A stretch of 64,000 bases of DNA from Macrostomum hystrix (GCA_950097015.1 CATNEN010000007.1:7750001-7814000); one strand, 5' to 3'. Numbered from the stretch's first letter, positions 46,946 through 58,780 are shown. Notes: generated from the letters alone by a model not told the origin. A program made the numbers and translations.

Positions 46946-47623
46946 CTTGTGATGTTTTTGGCAGTTTAAGAGGCCGAGGTTCAGGCTGTCAGTGTGGCTT
47001 GAGGACTTGCTTTGGCCTGCATGGCCTCTGAGCCGTGTGGCTTTCTTTCTCGGCTCGGCTTGAAATTCTAGCTTGACTCACAGCAAGCGCTGCTCAGCGG
47101 TCTCTCTCCCCCCCGCGCTCCCCTTCTCCAACTCCTCTCGGCTGCTCCTCCAGTCGAGGGGGAAGAGAGAGAAGTTGGGGAGCTGAAGCGTAGGGAAGAG
47201 GTTGCAGGGTAGCGCAGTGCTGTACTCACCACCGACTCTTCAGTATGACCCTGCTCCCCCTGTACTCGACTACAGCTACAGTATAGTGTTTCCTACCTGA
47301 ACAGGCTGCAGCTGTAATTACGAGTACTAACCTGCGCCTGCATTAAGTGACTTTTGTCGAGCCATATTTCGCAATATGGTTCGCAATTTCGCACTCTGTC
47401 CACCGATTCTAGATTTTATTACCGGCCGTATCGCCTTTCTGTGTGCTCAGAATCGATCTTCGCGTTACAATCCTTGCTACTAACAGTAGCCACAGAAGTC
47501 GCTAGCCACTATCGGCGCATCATCTCGGCGAAATCGTGCGACGAAGAGGTCGGGTGTTCGATTCTCAGCCCAATGGATGGGGTGAGTAGTAGAGCGGTTA
47601 ACGCATTTACCCCTCGCACCAAG

Positions 47624-47774
47624 GTCCCAGTGCAACACCAAAGCAATGCCCCTGCGTGCTGGCTGTCCGCAAGTGCGACCCCGACCTCTGCTGCACCTGC
47701 GGAGCCGACGCGCCCAACGGCAACCGCCGCAATGTGGCCCTGCACCGCGGCCAGCGGAAGCACCTGCTGATGGC
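47624..47774 (+). pseudogene. EZH2 CXC/pre-SET exon fragment (copy of 38088-38237) inside a SINE-like element
   Basis: About 150 bp with ~9 differences, including a 1-nt insertion, relative to the EZH2 exon. Confidence 0.9.
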
Positions 47775-48087
47775 TCTGATGGCTGCGGGTCTACAGTCAC
47801 CAAATGATGTGCCTTGGGCAAGACCTTAGTGCAGTACTTCACCCAGCTGTGAAACTGTTAGCAGCATTAGCTTGGAAATTTGGGTGGGTGGCCTCCGCAG
47901 TCCGCGGACCTTGGAAACAAAGCGCTCTTGAAGGCTGGACATGTCGCTTTACTCTGAGAAGTGTAATTTCTATTCGTATCGATTCTCTCTATTTTTCGAG
48001 TATAATCTCAATGCTAGGTTATTAGTACAAGTGAGAATGTATTGACGCATTATAATATATTTACTGGTGTGCTTGGCAGTTCGAATT

Positions 48088-49480
48088 CTATGACGTTCTA
48101 TGCACCACGCACGGTCCGAACTCCTCGTACTCCTGCCGGCTGATCCAGCGCTGCTGGAAGGTGGACAGCGAGGCCAGGATGGAGCCGCCGGTCCAGGTTG
48201 AGTAGTTCCGACCAATGGGCGCTACCAGCTTCACGGGATGGCAGCCGGGCGGAGCCAGCAACTCCAGCTCCGAGGTCAGGCGTTCAACGAAGCCATCAGC
48301 CAGGGTGGCGCCGCCAGACACGATGACATTGCGCCACAGGTGCGAACGAATGTCGATGTCGGCTGACCAGATGGCCTCTGCGACGAGGCGTTGAAGCCGA
48401 CTTGAGCTGGTCTGGCTGAACAGGAGCTCCCAGGGCTCCGCCCGGTCGCGCGGGCTCAGGCTGACCAGGCCGCGACCGTCCGGCAGTTCGAACTTCTCCA
48501 GCAGCTCCTGCCCGGCTGCCGGCTGCGGATGGCCCGCCGAGCGGCGCACCCGAAAGTGCCGCTCCTTGAGCCTGGCCGCCAGCTGCCGCTCCAGCGGCGT
48601 CTCCAGGCAGCAGTCGCGCCGGCGCAGGATGTCGCGCACGGCGTCTGTCACGTCGCCGCCGGCGCAGTCCAGGCGGCGGGCGCTGGCCGGCAGGGCGTAG
48701 CCCTCGAAGATCACCTGCCATGGCGTTGAGAAGATGAGTCCGATTATTGATCGCATGCTGTCTCACGGCCTTTAGGACTACACATAGGGGAGTCCAAAAA
48801 TTATGAAGATCATGAGGGGTTGAGAGCTGCGGAGCGGTGATGCGTCCGAGACTTGCACACATAGTGTGACGTTTTGGGGGCTTGTCGGGCAATTTACGCC
48901 GATGAGGGCCAAACCACAAGGCACAGTGAGAGTGTACACTGCCTGACGATGAGAAAGTCAGCAGGTGTACACTCCTGCGAGCAGAAATCTCCGCTACCTC
49001 CGCGTGGCTGACGCCCTCGCCGCAGCTCAGCATGACGGCGCTACCGCGGCCGCTGGCATAGAGCGCCAGCGAGGAGGCGTTCGCAAGGTAGACGGCCGGC
49101 GAGCCGATGCTCTCAAACAGCAGCTTGACGGCCGCCTCGCGGCTGCACTTCGGATTTAGCAGTGGCTCCGCCAGCAGCAGCGGGTGGCACTCGGGATCGG
49201 CGCGTAGGCCGACTTCAATGGCGTGCCGCCACAGCAGCTCGGCGTCGTCAGCGTCGACCAGGACGCCGCGCTGAATCGGCTGGGCCAGCGACATCCGGGG
49301 CACCGGGCCGACGTCCAGGGCGTCGTCGCCGAACAGTGGCTGGGCCGAAGGGACGTCGCCGCGCCTGCCGATCAGGGCCGGCATGGTCACGCGCGGCAGG
49401 TCGTCGCCGCCAAAGCCGGCACACAGCCGGCCGGAGCCGCTGTCCAGCACGATGCTGAGCACCTCATCGTCCTCAGCCAT
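48088..49480 (-). CDS. Divergent actin-like / actin-related protein (~369 aa); exons 49480-48998, 48714-48088
   Basis: IVLDSGSG..AGFGGDD.PR, GEGVSH, EGYALP, AGGDVT, ELPDG, VSGGAT, TWTGGSILASLSTFQQRWISRQEYEE.GP. Confidence 0.9.
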
Positions 49481-50228
49481 CGGTCAGTGAGTCAGTTGAA
49501 TAGCGCGTGTTGATAATACTGGATAGCTGTGGATAGCCGTGGATAGCTGCGGATAGCTTTGGCTCCGAAGTCGTTGCTGCATACTTTACCATTTAAAATT
49601 TGGCCTCAGTGGGCGCAGTGCAGAGTAAAATTCACTTTCTGTGTCGGGGGTGCATCGTGTGTTTTACGCGTGCGAGGTGAGCGGAGGGTACGAGAGCTGG
49701 AGGAGGTGGGTCTAATGTACATTGGCTATGTACATTGCTAGCCGCGCGAGGGACATCTACACTAACCCAAAACTAATGTATTTTGCAATGCGAGAAACGA
49801 AATTCTCAAAGCAACATTTCTCAAGAAATATGATAGAATTAACGACAAATGTTCAACTAGATACTACTCTCAAGCATTAGCCCTCAAGTAGCGAAAATGC
49901 TCAGTTTCTTACTGACTTTTCTGTCCAGTTTTATACTGAAAAAATGCAATACCCCCGGCACGTTTGAATACGGTTTAGCCATAGAATAAGTCACTGAATC
50001 TCACAAAACAAGAAATCAAACAAGTCATTAAAACGAAATCGATTTACTAATTATCTATCTGGCCCTCTAACTTTGTCTAATAATCTTTTCAGGTACTTTT
50101 TTAATTGCTAGAAAGTACATCGATGCAAAAAATATTATTTATAGGTGTTGCATAAGTTGAGAAAAAAGCTGTGCATTATCGATATTATCTGTTTAAAATC
50201 TATATTTTCGGCCCATTGGAATCCAAAC

Positions 50229-51202
50229 TGTCACTGAATATCTAGAACAGTCACTGAATCTCTAGAACAGTCACTGAATCTCTAGAACAGTCACTGAATC
50301 TCTAGAACAGTCACTGAATCTCTAGAACACTCCCTGAATCTCTAGAACAGTCACTGAATCTCTAGAACAGTCACCGAATCTCTAGAACAGTCACTGAATC
50401 TCTAGAACAGTCACTGAATATCTAGAACAGTCCCTGAATCTCTAGAACAGTCACTGAATCTCTAGAACAGTCACTGAATCTCTAGAACAGTCACTGAATC
50501 TCTAGAACAGTCACTGAATCTCTAGAACAGTCACTGAATATCTAGAACAGTCCCTGAATCTCTAGAACAGTCACTGAATCTCTAGAACAGTCACTGAATC
50601 TCTAGAACAGTCACTGAATCTCTAGAACAGTCACTGAATCTCTAGAACAGTCACCGAATCTCTAGAACAGTCACTGAATCTCTAGAACAGTCACTGAATC
50701 TCTAGAACAGTCACTGAATCTCTAGAACAGTCACTGAATCTCTAGAACAGTCACTGAATCTCTAGAACAGTCACTGAATCTCTAGAACAGTCACTGAATC
50801 TCTAGAACAGTCACTGAATCTCTAGAACAGTCACTGAATCTCTAGAACAGTCACCGAATCTCTAGAACAGTCCCTGAATCTCTAGAACAGTCCCTGAATC
50901 TCTAGAACAGTCCCTGAATCTCTAGAACAGTCACTGAATCTCTAGAACACTCCCTGAATCTCTAGAACAGTCTCTGAATCTCTAGAACAGTCACTGAATC
51001 TCTAGAACAGTCCCTGAATCTCTAGAACAGCCTTTGAACCTCTAGAACAGTCACTGAATCTCTAGAACAGTCCCTGAATCTCTAGAACAGCCTTTGAACC
51101 TCTAGAACAGTCACTGAATCTCTAGAACAGTCACTGAATCTCTAGAACAGTCACTGAATCTCTAGAACAGTCACTGAATCTCTAGAACAGTCTCTGAATC
51201 TC
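50229..51202. repeat. 20-bp minisatellite (~48 copies)
   Basis: TCTAGAACAGTCACTGAATC. Confidence 0.95.
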
Positions 51203-51819
51203 AAAATGTTTAAAATTGAGTTGAGAATGTCAGAATTTACTTTTCGTTGCTGGACAAGCGAGCGGCAGCATGCCAAACTTGATTTGTTTTTCTATAAATA
51301 CAAAATGAACAAAAACTGAAAATAAAGTGACCTCGACGGCTTAAATAAAATCAAGAAAGCATGATGATTAACAAGCCCTTTTAGCTGATGCTAATGCCTG
51401 TCAGCTGATCTGACAGCTAGTTTTCAGAGCAACTGACAGGTCCGAAGGATTAAGTTGGCAGATAATCCGGGAGCGATAACAAGCAGCTTAACTGCCAGGC
51501 CGATGCCTAATATGGCCCTGCAAATGAGCCTGCAACAGGAGGCTGGGGATAATTGAAAATGGCTGCTCTTTCATGTGGACACGCGAATTTCGGGTTCAGC
51601 TCATCACGCGACCGCAGCGAATGCCTCGAACGGAAATTGAACAGAAAAAGTGAAGGAAGGCTCATTGAAATTCTATGATATTTCTTGCACTTAAAAGCAG
51701 TTGCGGTGCGAGCTGCTTGGGACATTGTGAGCCGATGATTGGCATGCCAAAAATGAACTCCAGCTACTGATACAAGCGGGCAGTTTAACTCTACCTGCAA
51801 CCTTCGAGGCAACTCTGGT

Positions 51820-51915
51820 TTCAGCATTGAGCTCCTGACCGAGAGGTCACGAGTTCGAATCTCAGCCAGGGAAACAATGATTTGTGTACCCAGGCAATGT
51901 ACTTTAACTCCTTAG
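51820..51915 (+). mobile_element. tRNA-derived SINE head fragment
   Basis: GAGAGGTCACGAGTTCGAATCTCAGCC B-box region followed by GTGTACCCAGGCAA...TTTAACTC. Confidence 0.45.
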
Positions 51916-52945
51916 TACTTTAGTAAGTTGAAAAAACTTTCAGAGTCGCATAACAAGTTAGTTCATTGTGTAGGGTGGAAAAATTGATCCATACGGTGGA
52001 CTTTCACAAAAATCGGTCATTCGGTTTGGGAGCTGTCGTGAAGTGGGCGCTGGGGATTTGAAATGCCCCGTGGTCTGTTCCCGGGGAGAAAACTAGCTCT
52101 TTCTACTGTTAACAGTTTTTCGGGTTCCTATCAGTGGAATATGAAAGAAAAAAGCGATAATTTGTTGTTTGTTTGCTTATTAATTGCCCCGATCCCACCA
52201 TGGAACAAACTGCAGCGAGGCGCTAATAAGATGTCGCAGCTGCAGCCCCAGTAGATGGGGATTTTTTGCAGGGATAAAATCCCCTCCCCAAACCGAAAAA
52301 GAGTTCAAGGCGGCAGAATTGATGCGGGGCGGCCGCGTTGGCAGCTGAGCTCCGCGCGGTGCAGCCTCGCACGCAGCGGTCGGGCTTAAAGGCAAGACCC
52401 CCATCCGCTGCTGATGAGTAGGCGCTGGCTCTGCGGGCCAGATTTCTGTTCGGATAACGAAAGGAAGCCGTGCTCATTTCGCTTCTCAGCCGGCTCGAGC
52501 AGGGTGGGGAGGCGGGGCGAGGCGGGTCAGTCCGGAACGGCCCCGCGTTTTCCTCCCAGAGTTCCCATGGTTTTTTGTCCCTTCTTCACGCTGCCTCGGC
52601 TTCCTTCTGTCTGGATGCCGGCGAGGCGTCGGGGGGGGCAGCCACTGCTGGGACTCAAGGCCGGGCAGTAGCCGCCACCGAATTAAAAACTCTCACATCC
52701 CGGCATCCCCAGAAATCTGGCCCAGCCTCGCCAATGGGATCTCGCGGCTGAATGAGTATAATTGCCTCTGGGAAGCGAAATTACACTGCTCTTTAGTAGC
52801 CGCATAGCCGTACTTGTTCTCGCTCCGATACAAAAGCATGCGCCTGCGGGGGCAAAACACGGAATAGAAGAACTTCAGCAAGTCCTCTGAACTCTACAGT
52901 CGCACGGCAGTAGCCTAGCAGTCTAAAATCTCAGCAACAGGCGCA

Positions 52946-54208
52946 ATGTTTCTGGCCAGTTTTGAGAGGCCAATCTACAGCCAACTCGCCGTCTACCGAG
53001 CCTGCAAGTGGCTCCAGTGGCTGGGCAGCCCCACCTTGCTGCTGCTCGGCAGTCTGGGCAACTGCCTCTCCGCCTGGCTGCTGCGCGGCCGCAGCCGCCG
53101 CAGTGGCACCCACAACTACCTGCTGGCTCTGGCCGTGGCGGACCAGGTGGCACTCCTGTCCGGCCTGGTCCGGTCCTGGCTGTCCTCCCTGATTGGCCTC
53201 GACTATGCCACCGTCAGCAGCGGCTCCTGCCTGTGCCTGCATTTCCTGTCGTCCGCTTCAACTCACACCAGCGTCGCGCTGACCGCCGCGGTCACTGTTG
53301 AGCGGGTCTCCGTTCTGCGTCGCCGACGCCCGTCGGTTCGCACGGCGGTGAGCCGAGCCCGCCGCATAGTGGTGGCCCTGACGGCCGCCTGCGCCCTGAT
53401 CAATGCGCCCTGGTTCTTCCTGCTGGACGTCTATCGCTTCGACTGGAATGCCACCGCCTCCGCCTCGCCCTCGGCGAACGACAGCTACCTGATCTGCGAC
53501 ATCCGCCCGGACCTGCTGCGCACCCTGAAGCTGCCACTGGCCTGGCTCGACTGTTCTCTATACTCCCTGATCCCCATGGCAATTATTCTGTGCTGCAATG
53601 TCTTCATCGTCAGGAAGCTGCGCGCCTCCCGCCGGACCAGCGGCGGCATCGGAAGTTGCCGGCGAGGCTTCAACAGCGACACCCCGGCCGCCGACTGCCG
53701 CGAACTGCGCGCCCTTCGCCTGGCCAGCGACGCCTCGTCCAGCTTCGCCGGCCGATGCCGTCTGACGGTGGCGACGCCGGCTACTGCGGCTGTGGCCGTG
53801 GCGGCGCCCATCTCTGCCGACGCGCTGCTGCTCCGGGCCTTGAACCGCAGCGTCGGCCAGGTGACGCTGGTGCTGCTGCTCGTCTCCTGCTTCTTCGTCG
53901 TGACCTCTCTGCCCATAACAGTGTTGAAGGTCCTGACGTCGCTCTCCTCTTTAGTGAGCGCCGATCGGAACAACGATCCTGGATTCTACGCAAATTACCA
54001 CCTGGCGCAGACGTGCACGGAGCTGCTTATGTACGCCAACCACTCCGCCAACTTCTTCCTCTACTGCCTCGCCGACGGCCGCTTTCGGCGCAGCCTGCGC
54101 CGCCGGATGGCCCGCCTTCGGGCTCGGACTGTCGGCCTGCTGGCGCGCCGGCGACAGTTGCGACGACGGCAGGAGAGAGAGTGGGAGCTGCGCGCTCAAC
54201 AGGACTGA
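52946..54208 (+). CDS. Intronless class A (rhodopsin-like) GPCR, probably FMRFamide/sex-peptide-receptor-like neuropeptide class
   Basis: Seven hydrophobic segments; GSLGN, YLLALAVAD, TVERV (DRY variant), SLIP...CN and NHSANFFLYC. Confidence 0.88.
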   Translation: MFLASFERPIYSQLAVYRACKWLQWLGSPTLLLLGSLGNCLSAWLLRGRSRRSGTHNYLLALAVADQVALLSGLVRSWLSSLIGLDYATVSSGSCLCLHFLSSASTHTSVALTAAVTVERVSVLRRRRPSVRTAVSRARRIVVALTAACALINAPWFFLLDVYRFDWNATASASPSANDSYLICDIRPDLLRTLKLPLAWLDCSLYSLIPMAIILCCNVFIVRKLRASRRTSGGIGSCRRGFNSDTPAADCRELRALRLASDASSSFAGRCRLTVATPATAAVAVAAPISADALLLRALNRSVGQVTLVLLLVSCFFVVTSLPITVLKVLTSLSSLVSADRNNDPGFYANYHLAQTCTELLMYANHSANFFLYCLADGRFRRSLRRRMARLRARTVGLLARRRQLRRRQEREWELRAQQD

Positions 54209-55736
54209 GCCTGCAGACGTCGTGGGAGGGCTTTCGCTGATCAGTTTGAGAAGCCTGCTACACTAAACGACAATTCAATATATTTTTATTTCTGTCGTGA
54301 ATTAGATTTTTCCTGAATTTGATTTACCGCCATTCATAAAGAAGACTCGAACCCTGGACTACATTTCCCATTAAAATCGCTGCATCACAATTTCACCAGC
54401 CAGCTAGCTCCAGGAATAGCATTGTTGACGTCAATTGTTGCAGATCGGCACTCTCATAGCTGAGGGCGATTATTATCGCTTGCCATTGTCAGAAATTGTC
54501 TGAAAATACGCGGCCGTGCTAAATATATAGAAAAGATAGCAACTCCATCTGCATGGCATTGGATTCTCTCTTGACTCCAGCTATCGCTGCTCATCAGCGT
54601 GCCGGAAATTAAAACAAGAACTGTTTGTTTCAGCCACCCCTTTTAATCTCTCTCTCATTCCCTGTTGTCCTCTTGCAATGAAACATGGCTCCAATTTGTG
54701 AAAAATTCTAATACAGAAAAACACCATCGCGCATTCTCAGGTGATTTTCTCTTTAATTGATTCATTTTAGTAAGCTTGGCGCTGACCTCTGAAAATAATC
54801 TTGGCTTGACTTTGAATTTGCGGGTCAATACGACCCGCTCCGCCACTCACGCCATGAGATATATTTAGAATTGATTTCTCTATTTAGTTTAGGAATCGAA
54901 TTTTCCTAACGGTTGCTCAGCATTTTGCCCGCCTCACAGTGTAGCTGCGGAGCGAGGACTAAACTCAGGAGGAGTGTCACTTCCAGGCTGTCCTGATCTG
55001 CTTGTGAGTTCGCGGGATAAGGTATGATGAGAGCTAGTTGAGCTCAGGGATTAATTAAGAGATTAGAGACCCGGATTAACAAGTCGCAGCTGTTTATCAA
55101 AGCCGCTCGTGTTTCAAAGCCGATGATTTTCCCGCAGCGATGGTGAGAAACCGAATCTAGAATTCTAAGAAACAGAAAGTTTTCAGGAGGTGGGAAGGAG
55201 CAGCTGTGAAAGATGCGGATCGCAAACGATTTCGAGAAAGAAGCATGAGACTGAACATTTGACAATAGGTCTGAGCACACAACTCAGCGGCTGGAAATTG
55301 ACGCAAGAATGAGAAATAAGCGACAGTGGGTCAGTAAATAGCGGAGTCGGAATGAAATTGTTAGTTGAGCTAGAGGCTGGTCTAAGATAATGAAAGACCA
55401 TGAGCAGCTGTTTATGAGGCCCTGTACTCAAAGCCCGACCTAGCGGGGGGTCAGACCCGCTAGCTTCTATTTTTGGTGCAGCCGAACACTTTACTGCCGA
55501 ATCGAGTTGATAAACAAGGCGACGAAAGACTTGCAAATATTCTTGTTGCCAACTGCCTGTGTCGCATTGTTAATCAGATGTAAACAGGTCACCGCTGTTG
55601 CTGTTGTATAAGCAGCACACTGACCCAGTTTTTGATGACTAACAGAAGCAAGGAAAGCAGATGCCATCAGTTGTGCTTTAAAGCCAAAATCGCTGAGTCT
55701 TTGTCCGCTAACGTACGTTAAGAAGCGAAGCGAGCC

Positions 55737-58401
55737 ATGGGAAAGGCTGGCAGCAAGCTGACTAGCAAGGAGCGCCATTTGCTTATGAACTTTCACAATT
55801 GTAAGTCTTGATTAATTGGCTTTTGCTATATTACCATTGTGATTGCGCATCAGTTTCAGATTTTTGAAACATTTTTTACTTTAAATTTGCGCAGTGACTG
55901 AGGAACAGTTTGACAAAATCTACCTGGAGTTCAAGGCTTTGGCCAGGAAGAAGAACTTCATCAGCTTCGAGGTGAGCGATGGAGATGGGGAGGGATGTAA
56001 GAGGGTAGGGGACAGGTAGGGGGAGGTAGATAGGTAGGTGAAGTAGACAGGTAGTTGAGGTAGATAGGTAGGTAAGGTACTCGTAGATAGTTAGGTGAAG
56101 TAGGCAGGTAGGCGAGTAGACAGGTCGGTGATGTAGACAGGTAGATAGATAGTGAGGTAGACAGGAAAGTGAGGTAGACAGGAAAGTGAGGTAGACAGGA
56201 AAGTGAGGTAGACAGGAAAGTGAGGTAGACAGGAAAGTGAGGTAGACAGGAAGGTTTTGTTACTTAAACACAGAGGCGTTGGGTATGGAGGGTAGCTGGA
56301 GGCAAGGGATGCGAAGATGAAATCGCAATTGACAGCGGATGAAGAACGGGGTCTGGAAGATATTTTCAGGTGAATTAAGTAATGGACAAAGTAGCTTGCG
56401 AAGAGAATGATATATTTATATAATATTTAGATGATGCTTGCCTTTGCTGCAGGAATTCTGCACACTGTACTCAGACTCGCGCTTTGAGCACAATCCGTTG
56501 GACCAGCTGGCGGTGTTCCGGACTCTGGCCGAATCGGAGCGACTCACTCTAGCCGGCTTCCTGCGGCTCTGCCAGCTCTGCCAGACTGGCGGCGGCGCCC
56601 CCGACGCGGAGCGGCTGCGTGGTATGGCCGGTGTGGTATGGCCGGTGTGGGATGGCCGGTGTGGGATGGCCGGTGTGGGATGGCCGGTGTGGGATGGCCG
56701 GTGTGGGATGGCCGGTGTGGGATGGCCGGTGTGGGATGGCCGGTGTGGGATGGCCGGTGTGGGATGGCCGGTGTGGGATGGCCGGTGTGGGATGGCCGGT
56801 GTGGGATGGCCGGTGTGGGATGGCCGGTGTGGGATGGCCGGTGTGGGATGGCCGGTGTGGGATGGCCGGTGTGGGATGGCCGGTGTGGGATGGCCGGTGT
56901 GGGATGGCCGGTGTGGGATGGGCGGTGTGGGATGGCCGGTGTGGGATGGCCGGTGTGGGATGGCCGGTGTGGGATGGCCGGTTTGGCATGGGCGGTGTGG
57001 AATGGCCGGTGTGGAATGGCTGGTGTTGGATGGCCGGTGTTGGGATGGCCAGTGTGGGATGGCCGGTGTGGGATGGCCGGTGTGGGATGGCCGCTCGTGT
57101 GGGGTGGCCATTCAGTGGCCATAGAAAGTTAAATCCTAATTCCATTCAGCGGGATGGCCGGTGTTGGGTAGCGGGTGTGGGGTGGCGGGTGTGGGTTGGG
57201 GGAAGTTTAGGCCTCGCGTTTTGCTTTGCGTGCTACTTCAAGTAGTCCGAACAGCCATTCCCTCCAATTTTCCTCTCAGTTCTGTTCTCTGTGATGGACG
57301 AGGATCAGAGCGGCCGGATCTCGGAGGCTGAGTTCTGCCGCTTCATGGCCAACTTTGTTGACGACGAGACAACCATCAAGAACTTCTTTGTCACCGCTGA
57401 CGAGGTGGGCGCTGATACTAAGCGACTGAAATTGACCCTGGAGTGGAAGCAGTAGAAGAAGCAGAACTTCAGGTAGAAGATTCAGAAATTCAGGTAGAAG
57501 AAGCAAAAACTTCAGTTAGAAGAGAAAGAACCTCATGTAGTTGATACAGAACTTTAGGTAGAAGAAGCAGACCTTCAGGAAGAAGAAAAAGAACTCCACG
57601 TTGCTGATACCAAAATTCAGGTAGAAGAGAAAGATCTTCAGGTAGATGATACAAAACTTCAGGTAGAAGATACAGAACTTCAGGTAGGTGATACAAAACT
57701 TCAGGTAGAAGATACAGAAATTCAGGTAGAAGAGAAAGAACTTCAGGTAGAAGATTCAGAAATTCAGGTAGAAGAGAAAGAACTTCAGGTAGAAGAGAAA
57801 GAAATTCAGGTAGAAGAGAAAGAACTTCAGGTAGAAGAGAAAGAAATTCAGGTAGAAGAGAAAGAACTTCAGGTAGAAGAGAAAGAAATTCAGGTAGAAG
57901 AGAAAGAAATTCAGGTAGAAGAGAAAGAAATTCAGGTAGAAGATACAGAAATTCAGGTAGAAGAGAAAGAAATTCAGGTAGAAGATACAGAAATTCAGGT
58001 AGAAGAGAAAGAAATTCAGGTAGAAGAGAAAGAACTTCAGGTAGAAGATACAGAAATTCAGGTAGAAGAGAAAGAACTTCAGGTAAAAGATACAGAAATT
58101 CAGGTAGAAGAGAAAGAAATTCAGGTAGAAGAGAAAGAACTTCAGGTAGAAGATACAGAAATTCAGGTAGAAGAGAAAGAAATTCAGGTAGAAGAGAAAG
58201 AAATTCAGGTAGATGATACAGAACAGATGCCGAAGAAGCAGGCATTAAATATCTCTCTTTTGCGATCGCATCCTTGCAAACTGCTTCATTTAACAGGACG
58301 AAAGCAAGCTGATAAACTTCTTCGAGTTTGCCAGCTTCTGTCGGAAGCACCGACGAGCCTTCAGGCTAATGTGCGCCTACCTGTTCCCGCAGGCCAGGTA
58401 A
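55737..58401 (+). CDS. Myristoylated EF-hand calcium sensor (neuronal calcium sensor / calcineurin-B-like); exons 55737-55800, 55895-55971, 56453-56621, 57280-57404, 58297-58401
   Basis: Manually spliced; not visible as one ORF. MGKAGSKLT myristoylation motif, EF loops DEDQSGRISEAE and DE|DESKLINFFE; all introns GT-AG and phase-consistent. Confidence 0.8.
56020..56252. repeat. Degenerate then perfect 17-bp repeat in intron 2 of the EF-hand gene
   Basis: GTGAGGTAGACAGGAAA. Confidence 0.85.
56622..57092. repeat. 14-bp minisatellite starting at the donor site of intron 3
   Basis: GTATGGCCGGTGTG twice, then about 30 GGATGGCCGGTGTG. Confidence 0.95.
57452..58225. repeat. 21-bp purine-rich minisatellite in intron 4
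   Basis: CAGGTAGAAGAGAAAGAAATT variants. Confidence 0.95.
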
Positions 58402-58780
58402 ATCTGGACAGGATATTTCTGATGCCGCAATAGCTGACCTTTCGGAAGAATCTGAACTCATCTTCATTGTTTAAATGCGCTAAGTATGCAGAACAAGCAG
58501 TATTCATTTGTACTTTGGTGTTTCATGCGTCAGGTCAAAAAATCGCTGCTTATGCATACTTTAGGAGCTCATTTTGGCCCCTCGAATCTATTTTACCTAC
58601 TGAAGTAACTTTCGTGTTTGGAAATATCGCTTTTCACTTGTCAATCGCTTTTTAGCTTATAGAATTTCTACGAAATTTTCATTGACAGCTTCAATTGACC
58701 AGCAAATTCATTAAAGCTGTTTACGTGTGGTCAGGTTTTTATTAATCTACATAAACATTCTTGCATAAATTGACTAGGCC

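Noticed and set aside
38818-51202. CRISPR-like arrays
   Set aside because: The units are contiguous without unique spacers, there are no cas genes, and the context is eukaryotic.
52405-52495. Possible hammerhead ribozyme (CTGATGA...GAAA...TC)
   Set aside because: Stem II barely pairs, and stem I cannot form without consuming the cleavage-site nucleotide.
22991-54410. tRNA genes at ~22991, 40520-40595, 43100, 47575, 51820 and 54340-54410
   Set aside because: Only A/B-box-like remnants with no cloverleaf, several followed by SINE body sequence; treated as SINE heads.
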